NCBI GenBank assembly: GCA_000175855.1
Contig: ACYB01000005.1
Coordinates: 1-32,000 of the forward strand
Direction: 5' to 3'
Source: Raphidiopsis brookii D9
GTDB lineage: Bacteria; Cyanobacteriota; Cyanobacteriia; Cyanobacteriales; Nostocaceae
Length of the DNA: 32,000 nucleotides
In this document: one piece after another, positions 11,075-22,138 of the stretch
How the letters are laid out: each line of letters opens with the position of its first letter
How positions within the stretch are numbered: position 1 is the first letter of the stretch
Position numbers and translations under genes: made by a program
Notes under the pieces: generated by a model
The model's input: only the letters and a program-made list of their open reading frames with translations
Told to the model about the DNA's origin: nothing
The model's database searches: none

Positions 11075-11912
11075 CTATATTTTACCGGTAAATACCCGCT
11101 CTGCTGGACCGGTCATATAAATTCTTTGATCAGTTTCTGACCATTGAATTTCTAAATTCCCTCCCGGTAGTTCTATAGTCGCCATGCGATCGCATAAATT
11201 ATTCAAAACTCCAGCAACTAGGGAAGCACAAGCACCTGTACCACACGCTAGGGTAATACCTGCTCCTCTTTCCCACACTCGCATTTTTAAGTGACTAGGA
11301 TTAACAACCTGAATGAACTCTGTGTTAGTGCGTTGAGGAAAAACTGGATGATGTTCAAATTGAGGACCAATAATTTCTACGGGAATACTAGCTACATCCT
11401 CCACAAAGGTAATACAATGAGGATTCCCCATGCTTACACAGGTAATATGCCAGGTTTGCTTCCCAATTTCTAGGGGGAGATTAATTACCTTGCTGTCACC
11501 AGGTACTAAGGTTGTGGGAATCTCCTGAGCGAGTAAACGGGGTGAACCCATATCTACCTTCACTTGACCATCATCAGTCAGTTGGGGTCTAATTATACCA
11601 GCTAGAGTGTGAATCAAATAGTAGTCCTTACTGCGGGAGATTCCTTCTAATTCGGTTAAAAAAGCAGCTAAACAGCGAATACCATTACCACACATTTCCG
11701 GTTCCGAACCATCGGAATTGAAAATTCTCATGGTGTAGTCTGTTCCCTTTTGACCAGGAAGGGCAAAAATAACACCGTCAGCACCAATCCCAAAATGGCG
11801 ATCGCACATTTTTATGGCCATTTCGGGGTAATTAGGGAGTTAGGTCACAACGATTGTCAATCAGAATAAAATCATTGCCCAAACCGTGATACTTTGTAAA
11901 TTCTATGGTCAT
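11075..11912 (-). pseudogene. dapF: Diaminopimelate epimerase, N-terminal 26 codons separated by a 1-nt frameshift
   Basis: The called ORF (248 aa) contains both catalytic-Cys motifs ([16 protein letters not shown]) but lacks the family N-terminus. Upstream, an ATG at 11912 encodes [26 protein letters not shown], then a stop. Removing one base of the run 11835-11837 (G3 on +) joins the frames as ...[19 protein letters not shown]. Total length 838 nt = 279 codons + 1. Confidence 0.9.
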
Positions 11913-11977
11913 TTTCGATGATCAAATTTAAATTGTTGCTAGTCAAACTAATCTAACCTTATTTCTTCTGTCCCAAA

Positions 11978-12214
11978 ATGCCACCCATAGAATTTGACAC
12001 TACTCTACCCAGTATTCGACAAATACAAAACTGGATCAAGCAGAAAACTACTGTGCAGTTTAAATTGACTACCGGTGATACTATCACTGCTAGGATTTTT
12101 TGGCAAGATGTCAACTGTATATGTGTGGTGGATTCTCAAGATGACCATATTACAATTAATAGACTGGCTATTGCCTATTTAAAGGTGTCCCATGACAGCA
12201 ATCCACTAACATAA
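11978..12214 (+). CDS. hfq: Cyanobacterial Hfq homologue (Sm-like protein)
   Basis: The sequence EFDTTLPSIRQIQNWIKQKTTVQFKLTTGD.I.ARIFWQD...AIAYLK closely resembles the cyanobacterial Hfq family as I recall it from Anabaena and Synechocystis. Divergent from dapF. Confidence 0.82.
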   Translation: MPPIEFDTTLPSIRQIQNWIKQKTTVQFKLTTGDTITARIFWQDVNCICVVDSQDDHITINRLAIAYLKVSHDSNPLT

Positions 12215-12227
12215 TAGATATTCAAAT

Positions 12228-14510
12228 TCATTCATGAATATCGGATACGGCTTGTATAGCAAAAGGCTTATCAAGTAACTGTTGCAACTGTTCTGGGTAA
12301 TTTTGAGGCAAATTACCACATAGTAAAACCTGATCCCCAACTCTCAGATCCACATTGGTGGGATTGCCACTTAACTTACCATCCCGACGGATTGCTTGCA
12401 CTTTTATTCCATGATCTTTATAAACCAAATCCGCCAAATTATTACCCAAAATGGGAGAATTAGACCGAACTGTTATCCACTGACAAGCACCTGCTCCCCC
12501 TGGAACTGCAATACTACCCTGGGCAAAATCTACTAAAGCTGTTAGTTCCTCATCTGCACCCACCACTAACAAGCGATCGCCTGATTGTAGTCGTGTACCA
12601 TTATGGGGATAATCTATTTCCGTGCCATCAGCACGACGAATGGCCATTAAACTAACTCCAATGAGACGACGCATATCCAATTCCTCTAGGGTCATCCCAA
12701 TTAAAGGAGAATTAACAGGTAGGTCATACCAACGACGGTTTAAATCCTGGGTGACTTTTTGTAGATGTTGGGAAACTTGAGCAGCAGAGCATTCTGGTCG
12801 TAAGTCCAAATAATGATCTTGACGTATTTGCTGCATTTTTTGCCCTATTATCTCTTTCCCCAATCCCACATCCATTAGTAAGTGGGAGGCCATTTCCAAA
12901 CTAGCTTCAAATTCTGGTTGCACTACCTCCTTCGCACCCAACTGATAAAGTACCTCAATATTTTTATCCTGAGTAGCACGCACCACTAAATCTAATTCCG
13001 GTGATAACTCCAAAGCCCTTTTTAAACATAGACGAATGCTTGTAGGGTCAGGAAGAGCGATCGCCATTGCTTTGGCATAGTTTACTCCAGCAGTTTCTAA
13101 CACGTGAAAACTAACTGCATTACCATATACATAAGGTATTCCCGATTCCCGTAACTGCTGAATTCGACTTTCTGATTGTTCAATCACTACTACGGGTAAC
13201 TGGTAGGGTTCTAGCAAGCGCACCAAATTTTGACCGATACGACCATAACCACAAATTACCACATGATCTTTGGTAGGTAGGTCTTCTGTAAAATCCTCTG
13301 GTCGTTCATCCACTAAATAAGGTTTCAACCAAGGTATAAACTCTACTAAATTAAATAAAAATGGTATGACTCTGAGTACGAAGGGAGTCAACATTAAAGT
13401 AACAGCTGTTGTCCCCACAATCAACAAATACACGTGATGGGAAACCAGTCCCAACACCTGACCCTCACTAGCAAGCACAAAGGAAAACTCACCAATTTGA
13501 GCCAATCCTAATCCGGCAATCAAAGCTGTTTTAAGTGGGTAGCGAAATAATTTAACCAAGGGGTAATAATTAAAAAACTTCCCTAGGAACACCAAAGCTA
13601 CTAAACCGAGAATCAAATCTAGATTTTGCCATAAAAACACCGGATCAATTAACATCCCGATGGAAGCAAAAAACAAACTGGCAAAAACATCTCGTAGGGG
13701 TTCCACAATCGTTAATGTTTCGTCTGCATATTCCACTTCAGAAATCATTAACCCTGCGACAAAAGCTCCCATTTCAATAGAAAGACCCAAATATTCAGTG
13801 AGGATAGCAATAGATAAACATAAGGTCACCACACCCAATAGGAACAACTCTCGACTTTCCGTGCGTGCTAAAAAACGCAATACACGTGGCATTATCCAAA
13901 TACCAGCAACTACAGCACCAGCTGCAAATAAAGCAATGCGCACGATAGCGGTGAACAGTGCTAAACCTATAGATTCTCCTGGTTGATGGAGAGCTGGTAA
14001 AATTGCTAGCATTAAACCTAGAGCTAGGTCCTGAATCACTAAAATCCCCAGCATCACCTGAGCATGAGTTGTCTCTGTTTCATTACGCTCCATCAAACAT
14101 TTGAGAACAACTGCTGTAGATGAGAGAGAAAGAATAGAACCCAAAAATACACCCTTAGCAGGTAAAGTTTCCCAAGCACCGGTAATACCACAAACAATCA
14201 CAGTAGTAATAATAGTGAGAATAATTTGTAATCCCCCACCGCCCAACGCTATAGCCTTTACCTTTTTTAGCTGACTAAAGGAAAATTCTACCCCCAAGGC
14301 AAACAATAAAAAAGCTACACCAAATTGCGCAAGAGTTTCTACTTGCACTACCTCCCTAATTAAACCCAGTCCGGTGGGTCCAACAATCATTCCTCCCACC
14401 AAATATCCTAGGAGGACAGGTTGTTTCAGCAAAGCTGCTAACATTCCACCACAAGTAGCGACAGCAAACACTGAAACCAAATCCACAATCAACCGAAAAT
14501 CTTCTTGCAC
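12228..14510 (-). CDS. Kef-type cation/proton antiporter (CPA2) with a cytoplasmic TrkA-N and two TrkA-C (RCK) domains
   Basis: 760 aa. The N-terminal ~390 aa is a polytopic Na_H_exchanger domain (LAQIGEFSFVLA motif). It is followed by a Rossmann segment VVICGYGRIGQ and two RCK_C-like repeats. Confidence 0.85.
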   Translation of the reverse strand: MQEDFRLIVDLVSVFAVATCGGMLAALLKQPVLLGYLVGGMIVGPTGLGLIREVVQVETLAQFGVAFLLFALGVEFSFSQLKKVKAIALGGGGLQIILTIITTVIVCGITGAWETLPAKGVFLGSILSLSSTAVVLKCLMERNETETTHAQVMLGILVIQDLALGLMLAILPALHQPGESIGLALFTAIVRIALFAAGAVVAGIWIMPRVLRFLARTESRELFLLGVVTLCLSIAILTEYLGLSIEMGAFVAGLMISEVEYADETLTIVEPLRDVFASLFFASIGMLIDPVFLWQNLDLILGLVALVFLGKFFNYYPLVKLFRYPLKTALIAGLGLAQIGEFSFVLASEGQVLGLVSHHVYLLIVGTTAVTLMLTPFVLRVIPFLFNLVEFIPWLKPYLVDERPEDFTEDLPTKDHVVICGYGRIGQNLVRLLEPYQLPVVVIEQSESRIQQLRESGIPYVYGNAVSFHVLETAGVNYAKAMAIALPDPTSIRLCLKRALELSPELDLVVRATQDKNIEVLYQLGAKEVVQPEFEASLEMASHLLMDVGLGKEIIGQKMQQIRQDHYLDLRPECSAAQVSQHLQKVTQDLNRRWYDLPVNSPLIGMTLEELDMRRLIGVSLMAIRRADGTEIDYPHNGTRLQSGDRLLVVGADEELTALVDFAQGSIAVPGGAGACQWITVRSNSPILGNNLADLVYKDHGIKVQAIRRDGKLSGNPTNVDLRVGDQVLLCGNLPQNYPEQLQQLLDKPFAIQAVSDIHE

Positions 14511-14600
14511 GGAGGTTCCATCATAAATATAAAGATTATTGATCTTAGTTTACAAAACTTTTCATTTTTTTATCCTGGAGAGTGTGGGAAAAATACTCAT

Positions 14601-14810
14601 TTACCCTCCACCCACAATGGTAACAATTTCCAGGTGGTCACCATCCTGGATTTGGGTTTGTGACCAAAATTGATGGTGTAAAATTTCACCATTGTATTCC
14701 ACAGCTACCAACCGAGGGTTAAAACCCAGTTTTTCAAGTAATTCTGGTAAAAAAGTTGCTGGTGGAAAAGTTCGACTTTCTCCATTTACTTGTAAGGTAA
14801 CATACATCAT
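14601..14810 (-). CDS. thiS: Sulfur carrier protein ThiS
   Basis: 69 aa ubiquitin-like protein ending ...IVTIVGGG, with the pattern VNGE...VAVEYNGEI typical of ThiS. Confidence 0.8.
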   Translation of the reverse strand: MMYVTLQVNGESRTFPPATFLPELLEKLGFNPRLVAVEYNGEILHHQFWSQTQIQDGDHLEIVTIVGGG

Positions 14811-14841
14811 TTTTTGTAAACCCCAACTTTTTGAATAGTTT

Positions 14842-17442
14842 CTATTGGCCCGATCTTAATCCTAGGGCAATTTTGCTGTGTTTTTCGATTTGTCCCATCA
14901 CTTGTTTGGCCCTTTCAATAACTACTGGTGGCAAACCCGCTAGTCTCCCCGCTTCTATCCCATAAGACTTATCCGCACCACCAGGTTGCACTTGATGCAA
15001 AAAGATAATTTGGTCTGGTAATTCTTTCACGGTTACTTGATAGTTGGCTACGTTACTAAGAATACTTGCTAACTCGTTTAATTCATGATAGTGGGTGGCA
15101 AAAACAGTGCGAGCTTTAATCTCCGCTGCTAAATATTCTGCTACTGCCCAGGCAATTGATAAACCATCAAATGTTGCTGTTCCTCTACCAATTTCATCTA
15201 ATAACACTAAAGAATTAGCAGTGGCATGATTTAGTATGTTAGCGGTTTCATTCATTTCTACCATGAATGTGGACTGACCCGTGGAAAGATCATCTACTGC
15301 ACCCACACGAGTAAAAATGCGATCGCAAATTCCTAACCGAGCAGACTTAGCGGGTACAAAACTACCAATTTGGGCCATTAACTGAATCAAACCTAACTGG
15401 CGTAGGTAACAACTTTTACCACTAGCATTAGGACCAGTTAAGATAACTAGGTCAGGATAGGACACAGTTTGCTCTTGGGGATCCTGAGGTAGGGTTGTTC
15501 CACTACCGAGTCTAGTGGAGTTGGGAACGAAAAATCCTGCAGGTAAGGACTTTTCAACTACAGGATGACGACCATCAATAATTTCTAACTCCCTTCCCTG
15601 TAACATTTGGGGACGACAATAACCCTGATGTACTGCCAATTCTGCTAAACCACATAATACGTCAGCAGCAGCTACCGCACGAGAAATGTCCCGAATTGTT
15701 TCTGCATGGGAACCAACCTCATCCCGTAGGTTAGCAAATACTTCATATTCCAACTGATTTAAATCATCTCTAGCTGTTAATATTCTAGCCTCCCTTTCTT
15801 TTAATTCGGGGGTAATATAACGCTCTTCATTGGTTAGTGTTTGTTTACGAATGTAATTCTCAGGAACTTGATCAGACTTAGAACGAGAAATACTAATATA
15901 ATAACCAAAAGTCTTATTGAATCCCACCTTTAAAGTGGGAATTCCCGTTCTTGCTCTTTCATCAACTTCTAAGGTTGCTATCCAATGTTGATCTGCTTCT
16001 ACTGTGGCTTTCCTCTCATCTAATATACGATCAACTCCCGAACGAATTAAACCACCCTCCTTTAACTGGGTTGGTGGTGCTTCCACCAGATAAGCATGTA
16101 GCTTCTTACCCAGCTCTTCAACTATAGGTGGAACTTTTTGTAGAACCTTGAGAAATGGCGATCGCGCCTGTGCTACCAGTTGTGACAACTCGGGTAACCG
16201 AGAAAAAGAATCAGCCAGCGCCAGTAAGTCTCGCGCATTGGCGGTTCCAGAACCTGCGCGACCTGTTAATCGTTCCAAATCATAAATTTGCCGTAATAAT
16301 TTCCGTAAATCTTGACGCAGGGGGGTGTTTTCCACCAACTCCTCAATAGTATCTTGTCGTGACCTAATCCCCTTAATATCAATAAGAGGTTGTAACAACC
16401 ATCTTCTTAAAGCCCTTCCTCCCATAGGGGTAGTAGTATGGTTTAAGGCCCACAAGAGAGAGCCATGAAATGTTCCATCGCGTACCGTCTGGGAAATTTC
16501 CAAATTCCGGCGAGTTTGGTGGTCTAAAATTAGATAGTCATTGAGAATATAACTACGTAATAGCTGGAGAGGTACAGAATTTTGCTTTTGGGTGTCCTCA
16601 ATATATTCCAGTAGTCCACCTGCAGCGCGAACTGCCAGAGGGAGATGCTCACAACCAATACCTTCCAGGGAGCGTAATTTAAATTTTTGTAATAATTTAC
16701 TCCTAGCTTCCCCCTGGGAAAAGGGCAATTGGGAGCGCAAACTATAACAAAATGTCGGTGGTAAACATTGAGGAAGGGAAGGTGAAGTTTCTCCTGGTCT
16801 AAGTAGAGTTCCCAGATCTGGCGCATTGGTGGGAAAGAGCACTTCCGCAGGTTGTAATCTCATCAGCTCTTGGGTAAGATTTTCCAACTCACTGCTCTGG
16901 GTCGTCAAAAATTCCCCTGTTGAGATATCAGCGTATGCTAGACCCCAATGATTTGCAGCAATTACTACAGCTGCTAAATAGTTATTGCGACTAGCTTTAA
17001 GCATACCCTCTTCTAACACAGTGCCTGGCGTAAGTATACGGGTAACTTCCCGTTTTACCAAACCTACTGCTTGGGATGCGTCCTCCACTTGATCACAGAT
17101 TACTACAGCATAACCCTTTTCTACCAATTGAGTAGCATAACGCTCCCAAGCATGATGAGGCACACCTGTCATAGCTATCCGACCAACATCACCACCATGT
17201 TTACTGGTTAAAACTAGTTCTAATTCTCTGGATACAATTATTGCGTCTTGGAAGAAAGTCTCAAAAAAGTCGCCCACACGGTACATTAGCAGCGCGTGAG
17301 GATATTTATCTTTCATTTCTACGTAGTGCTGATACATTTTACTCAGCTTACTACGGTCTCCTACCAGGTGGATATCATTAATGGGGATGGTGGGTAGTTG
17401 AATTTCTGGTGTGGTCATAGGAGATGCAGAGTTTTTTAGCAC
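14842..17442 (-). CDS. mutS: DNA mismatch repair protein MutS
   Basis: 866 aa. N-terminal mismatch-binding motif (GDFFETFF), Walker A GPNASGKS, and the DEIGRGT and THYHEL motifs. Confidence 0.97.
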   Translation of the reverse strand: MLKNSASPMTTPEIQLPTIPINDIHLVGDRSKLSKMYQHYVEMKDKYPHALLMYRVGDFFETFFQDAIIVSRELELVLTSKHGGDVGRIAMTGVPHHAWERYATQLVEKGYAVVICDQVEDASQAVGLVKREVTRILTPGTVLEEGMLKASRNNYLAAVVIAANHWGLAYADISTGEFLTTQSSELENLTQELMRLQPAEVLFPTNAPDLGTLLRPGETSPSLPQCLPPTFCYSLRSQLPFSQGEARSKLLQKFKLRSLEGIGCEHLPLAVRAAGGLLEYIEDTQKQNSVPLQLLRSYILNDYLILDHQTRRNLEISQTVRDGTFHGSLLWALNHTTTPMGGRALRRWLLQPLIDIKGIRSRQDTIEELVENTPLRQDLRKLLRQIYDLERLTGRAGSGTANARDLLALADSFSRLPELSQLVAQARSPFLKVLQKVPPIVEELGKKLHAYLVEAPPTQLKEGGLIRSGVDRILDERKATVEADQHWIATLEVDERARTGIPTLKVGFNKTFGYYISISRSKSDQVPENYIRKQTLTNEERYITPELKEREARILTARDDLNQLEYEVFANLRDEVGSHAETIRDISRAVAAADVLCGLAELAVHQGYCRPQMLQGRELEIIDGRHPVVEKSLPAGFFVPNSTRLGSGTTLPQDPQEQTVSYPDLVILTGPNASGKSCYLRQLGLIQLMAQIGSFVPAKSARLGICDRIFTRVGAVDDLSTGQSTFMVEMNETANILNHATANSLVLLDEIGRGTATFDGLSIAWAVAEYLAAEIKARTVFATHYHELNELASILSNVANYQVTVKELPDQIIFLHQVQPGGADKSYGIEAGRLAGLPPVVIERAKQVMGQIEKHSKIALGLRSGQ

Positions 17443-17551
17443 TTTATTTTTGCACTATTTGCCATTATAGCTTTAGAGATGGGAACTTGATGATTATTTA
17501 ATGTTTCTTATTAATGTTTTTTAACTCATAGCTTTGACCTGAAGGTTAGGG

Positions 17552-18643
17552 TCAGCTAGGGGTGGTGATCTTTCCCTCCATAGAATCAGTCTGTAATTGA
17601 CCCTGTCGCCAAATATCAGCAAAATCCTTGATAAAACTGGCAATAGGAATAGCTATTAACAGTCCCAGAACTCCACCCAATTTAGCTCCAACCAGTAAAG
17701 AAATTACTACCCAAACGGGATTTAAACCCGTCAAATTTCCCAATAGTCTAGGGGCAACAATATTAGAATTAATTTGGTCAATTGTTACTGCTATTAATGC
17801 CACTTCTACCGCTTGCCAAAAGTTTTCTAAAGCTATCAATAAACTTACAATCCCAATGCCAATACCCGTGCCAAATGGAAAGAGGGAGAAAAACCAATGG
17901 TAATTCCAAATAATAAGGCTAGGGGGAATTTTCAGAGCTATAAATGTTAGAGTTACGGTCACTCCCAAAACCGCTCCCAAGGTAGCTTGTCCAATGAAGT
18001 AATTCTGAAAATCTTCTTTTAGTAAAGCTCTGGCTTTCACCCCTAGGTAGGTAGGTAACCATCCATATAGACCATCCCACAATTTCTCCCCGTTTAATAT
18101 GAGGTAAATGGTTAAAACAATGGTCAGGATTAAGTTTAGCAAAAACCCAATTGTGTCAAATGCAAAACTTAGGATTTTACCGGTAAAAGATTGGATTTGA
18201 TTAGAAATTTTTTCTAACAATTGTGTGGCTATACCAATAATATTAACAGGTAAGTCCTGTTGGGTAGCTGCCCAATCCAAAAATGCTTGTAATTGCTGAG
18301 TTCCAGAACTTATCCAGGCGGGAAGAATATTGATTAACTCATTCAGTTGCTGAAAAATCAAAGGTAGTAAAATCACGCCTATGGCTCCCAACATCACTAT
18401 TGTAAGAAGTAAAACACCCACAATAGCTAAGATTCTGGGAACCCCTAGGCTGTGAAAAAATTTGATTGGATAATTTAAGACAAAAGATAGTAGAACAGCT
18501 AGAACAACAACACTAACCAATGGTTGAAAATATTTTATCACCTGAATGAGCAACCATCCATTCAGAATAATTATGGGGAAAGCCAAGGCAAAGGTTAACC
18601 AACGAGGTAATTTATTTGTCATTTCCATAAAAGTACATACCAA
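17552..18643 (-). CDS. AI-2E family transporter (PerM/UPF0118)
   Basis: 363 aa polytopic protein with the family's C-terminal pattern (..SLFPFGTGIG...IDQINSNIVAPRLLG...NPVWVVISLL). The start is uncertain; it may be the internal MEMTNK. Confidence 0.82.
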   Translation of the reverse strand: MVCTFMEMTNKLPRWLTFALAFPIIILNGWLLIQVIKYFQPLVSVVVLAVLLSFVLNYPIKFFHSLGVPRILAIVGVLLLTIVMLGAIGVILLPLIFQQLNELINILPAWISSGTQQLQAFLDWAATQQDLPVNIIGIATQLLEKISNQIQSFTGKILSFAFDTIGFLLNLILTIVLTIYLILNGEKLWDGLYGWLPTYLGVKARALLKEDFQNYFIGQATLGAVLGVTVTLTFIALKIPPSLIIWNYHWFFSLFPFGTGIGIGIVSLLIALENFWQAVEVALIAVTIDQINSNIVAPRLLGNLTGLNPVWVVISLLVGAKLGGVLGLLIAIPIASFIKDFADIWRQGQLQTDSMEGKITTPS

Positions 18644-18650
18644 TTCCCAA

Positions 18651-19079
18651 TTAGCTATAAATGAAATCCAGCATGATTTTCTGATGAATGTGTGCTAAGT
18701 ATCTTACCTGACCAGCTTTGTGAGAATAGCAACTACCAGCCATAATATCTTGATCTGTTAATAAGGCCATGTCCCAACCTTCATATAGGGTGAGTTGTGA
18801 TAACTCTGTTAGTAATGGTGCATGAAACACATGACGAATCACGTTGTCATCAGGATAAATACCAAACTTTGCAAACGTTGATAATTGATAATCTATTTCC
18901 TCCTTGATTTCCCGCACCAGTGCTACTTCCGGGGTTTCACCCAGTTCTAAATGCCCACCAAATAACCCCCAACAACCGGGAGCGGCAATATGGGGAATAT
19001 TATCTCTTAATTGCATGAGATACTGGTGATCTTGGTAGAGAATGACTATGGACACCTCTGGTATTTGATGATTGCTCAT
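18651..19079 (-). CDS. NUDIX hydrolase
   Basis: Nudix box GLFGGHLELGETPEVALVREIKEEIDY (GX5EX7REUXEEXGU). Confidence 0.82.
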   Translation of the reverse strand: MSNHQIPEVSIVILYQDHQYLMQLRDNIPHIAAPGCWGLFGGHLELGETPEVALVREIKEEIDYQLSTFAKFGIYPDDNVIRHVFHAPLLTELSQLTLYEGWDMALLTDQDIMAGSCYSHKAGQVRYLAHIHQKIMLDFIYS

Positions 19080-19090
19080 AATGACCCGGT

Positions 19091-19528
19091 TTATTCCTCT
19101 TCTAAGTAAACTTCTCCATATTCCTGCTGATGTAAAGTAATACCCTTATATTTTACCTTACCTTTTATTACTACCTCCTGTCCTAGCTGTAAATTATTTT
19201 GATTTTGCCCAGAATTTTGATTGATCACAACCCAGATCTTACCAGTAGAGTCAGCAATTTGATATGCCTGCTCAGCAATCAAAGGAGCATGTTTTTCAAT
19301 CCTCCCTTGAATATAAACTATAGTTTCTGGGTGGTTCACAGGTTTAATCTTAGCAATGGGCGTAATGTTGGCCCCCATGAAGGTGCGTGAATGAAAATTG
19401 ATCAAGTTACCCTTAGCACAACTACTAATCATTAAAAGTAAGGCTAAGGTTAATACTTGGTAAACAAAACCGAGACTGGTAAGATTAGCAAGTAGTCTAG
19501 AGTTGGTTAGAGGAAAGAATTGTGGCAT
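19091..19528 (-). CDS. Hypothetical lipoprotein, probable OB-fold domain
   Basis: N-terminal hydrophobic segment with a lipobox-like LMISSC. The C-terminus is beta-rich (IVYIQGRI...GKIWVVIN...VVIKGKVKYKG), reminiscent of OB-fold proteins. Function unknown. Confidence 0.5.
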   Translation of the reverse strand: MPQFFPLTNSRLLANLTSLGFVYQVLTLALLLMISSCAKGNLINFHSRTFMGANITPIAKIKPVNHPETIVYIQGRIEKHAPLIAEQAYQIADSTGKIWVVINQNSGQNQNNLQLGQEVVIKGKVKYKGITLHQQEYGEVYLEEE

Positions 19529-19668
19529 AAATCCGAAACTGATGACGACTTTTTTCCTGTTTTGATTTATATTATCTATATTTCATTCCTAAAAACCTAG
19601 AACTTTTTACCTTGAATGGGAGCTTAATGCCTGTTTTGTGATTAAGATAGCGGAAAAGATCAATAACA

Positions 19669-20550
19669 ATGGAAACGAAAACTGCGAAGATCCTTGATGG
19701 TAAGACACTAGCCGCAAAAGTTCAAAAAGAACTGGCTAAAACCATCACAGAAATACAACCCAAAATAGGCCGTCCCCCTGGTTTAGCAGTGTTGATGGTG
19801 GGAAATAACCCCGCTTCAGCTACCTATGTAGCTAACAAAGAAAAAGCCTGTTATCAGGTAGGAATTGCTACTTTTGGTAGACATTTTCCTACGGAGACTA
19901 GCCAAAATGAACTAGAACAAATCATAGAGGAACTCAACCGTGATCAGCGGGTAGATGGAATTTTAATCCAGTTACCCTTACCCAAGCATTTGGACTCTAT
20001 TGCTCTGCTACATAGAATTCTGCCAAGCAAAGACGCTGATGGACTACATCCAATTAATTTAGGGCATTTAGTCCGGGGAGAAATAGGGATGCGCAGTTGC
20101 ACTCCAGCAGGAGTGATGAAACTGTTGGCAGAATATAAAATTCCCTTAGCAGGAAAACAAGCAGTAGTAATAGGACGTAGTATTTTAGTAGGTAAGCCCA
20201 TGGCACTAATGCTATTGGAAGCTGATGCTACAGTTACTATTGCCCATTCTCGCAGCCAAAACTTAACAACTATTACCCAAAACGCTGATATTCTGGTAGC
20301 AGCAGCAGGTATTCCCGGATTAATCACAGCAGAAATGGTAAAACCGGGCGCAGTTGTGATAGATGTGGGAATAAACCGCATTACTGATGGCAATGGTAAA
20401 GCTCACCTAGTAGGTGACATTGACTTTGTCTCCACTGCTCGGGTGGCAGAATATATTACCCCTGTTCCCGGTGGTATTGGCCCCATGACAGTTGCCATGT
20501 TGCTGCAAAATACTGTTTGTAGCTATTTACAAGTAGCCAATCAGCAGTAA
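19669..20550 (+). CDS. folD: Bifunctional methylenetetrahydrofolate dehydrogenase/cyclohydrolase
   Basis: Family motifs are present: [45 protein letters not shown] and [10 protein letters not shown]. Confidence 0.95.
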   Translation: METKTAKILDGKTLAAKVQKELAKTITEIQPKIGRPPGLAVLMVGNNPASATYVANKEKACYQVGIATFGRHFPTETSQNELEQIIEELNRDQRVDGILIQLPLPKHLDSIALLHRILPSKDADGLHPINLGHLVRGEIGMRSCTPAGVMKLLAEYKIPLAGKQAVVIGRSILVGKPMALMLLEADATVTIAHSRSQNLTTITQNADILVAAAGIPGLITAEMVKPGAVVIDVGINRITDGNGKAHLVGDIDFVSTARVAEYITPVPGGIGPMTVAMLLQNTVCSYLQVANQQ

Positions 20551-20603
20551 TTAGCATTGATCATTGTTTATCACCATCAACTCAAACTTTTAGGACTCCC
20601 AGC

Positions 20604-21533
20604 ATGGTAGCAACGGATAAAATTCAAAAAATATCACAGCCAGCCCAATTTAACCTCTATGCCTATCTTGGGGAACGACAGCAGCTTTGTGATGCAGCTC
20701 TGGATAAATCCATTCCGCTAGTGTATCCAGAAAAAATCTATGAGGCCATGCGCTATTCGCTCCTAGCTGGAGGTAAGCGTGTACGCCCCATTTTGTGTCT
20801 TGCTACTTGTGAAATGATTGGTGGTACTATAGGAATGGCTATGCCAACAGCTTGTGCCATGGAAATGATTCATACCATGTCCCTAATTCACGATGATTTG
20901 CCAGCTATGGATAATGATGATTATCGACGGGGTAAATTGACAAATCACAAGGTCTATGGGGAAGATGTAGCCATTTTAGCTGGTGATGGACTGTTGGCTT
21001 TGTCCTTTGAATTTGTAGCCACCCAAACCCCTCAAACCGTACCACCTGATAGGACTTTACAGGTAATTGCCAGAATGGGTAGTGCTTCTGGGGCTCCTGG
21101 GTTGGTCGGTGGTCAGGTGGTAGATTTAGCATCGGAAGGTCAGTCAAATATTTCACTGGAAACTCTCAATTTTATCCATAACCACAAAACAGCAGCACTA
21201 TTAGAAGCATCCGTAGTCTGTGGGGGAATTATCGCTGGTGCTTCTCCACAAGATATACAAAAATTGACATGTTACTCTCAAAATATTGGTCTAGCATTCC
21301 AAATTATAGATGATATTCTAGATATCACTGCTACCAAGGAACAACTCGGCAAAACCGCTGGTAAGGATATTGAAAGTGCAAAAGTCACCTATCCTAGTTT
21401 GTGGGGAATTGAAGAGTCAAGGTTGAAGGCCCAAGAACTTGTGGAAGAAGCTTGTGCTCAATTAGATTTTTATGGGGACAAAGCAGTCCCTCTACAGGAA
21501 ATAGCTCATTTTATCATTAATCGCAATCACTGA
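20604..21533 (+). CDS. crtE: Geranylgeranyl diphosphate synthase (type II polyprenyl synthetase)
   Basis: First Asp-rich motif [16 protein letters not shown], second Asp-rich motif IIDDILD, and GKRVRP. Confidence 0.9.
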   Translation: MVATDKIQKISQPAQFNLYAYLGERQQLCDAALDKSIPLVYPEKIYEAMRYSLLAGGKRVRPILCLATCEMIGGTIGMAMPTACAMEMIHTMSLIHDDLPAMDNDDYRRGKLTNHKVYGEDVAILAGDGLLALSFEFVATQTPQTVPPDRTLQVIARMGSASGAPGLVGGQVVDLASEGQSNISLETLNFIHNHKTAALLEASVVCGGIIAGASPQDIQKLTCYSQNIGLAFQIIDDILDITATKEQLGKTAGKDIESAKVTYPSLWGIEESRLKAQELVEEACAQLDFYGDKAVPLQEIAHFIINRNH

Positions 21534-21620
21534 ATTCTTGTTCACCTACAGTCAAGCTACAACCCACTTTCCTTCAACACACAACTGCTGCTCTTAATTC
21601 CATCACCCCACCAAAATACC

Positions 21621-22091
21621 ATGCAGGACATCGGCGATATTTTCTACAACCGAGTGCTACTGGTCGCACTTGTGGCTTGTTTTGTTTCACAAGGATTAAA
21701 ACTCATTTTTGAATTTATCAAACACCGTAAATTAGATCTCCGTGTTTTGGTTACCACTGGAGGTATGCCTAGCGCCCATTCGGCTCTAGTTACAGCTTTA
21801 GCAGCTGGTGTAGGGCAAACTATAGGTTGGTCATCTCCAGATTTTGCCCTAGCTGCAGTTGTGGCTATTATTGTTATGTACGATGCTACGGGAGTTCGCC
21901 AAGCAGCAGGTAAGCAAGCACGCATCCTCAATCAAATGGTTGATGAGCTCTTCCATGAAAAACCAGAATTCTTTCAAGACCGTCTTAAGGAACTTCTCGG
22001 ACACACGCCCCTTCAAGTCCTAGCTGGCTCGGTTTTAGGAGCCACTATCTCCTGCTTGGCAAGTTACTGGTTAACTAAGGCTCCTTCTTAA
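21621..22091 (+). CDS. Divergent PAP2 family membrane protein (acid phosphatase/vanadium-haloperoxidase-related, DUF212)
   Basis: Family motifs GGMPSAHSALVTALA...MYDATGVRQAAGKQA...LLGHTPLQV are present. Sits downstream of crtE. Confidence 0.8.
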   Translation: MQDIGDIFYNRVLLVALVACFVSQGLKLIFEFIKHRKLDLRVLVTTGGMPSAHSALVTALAAGVGQTIGWSSPDFALAAVVAIIVMYDATGVRQAAGKQARILNQMVDELFHEKPEFFQDRLKELLGHTPLQVLAGSVLGATISCLASYWLTKAPS

Positions 22092-22138
22092 AACTTTGGG
22101 TTTGCTGAAAAGTCATCATTTCAGCAGGCCCTAACAAC

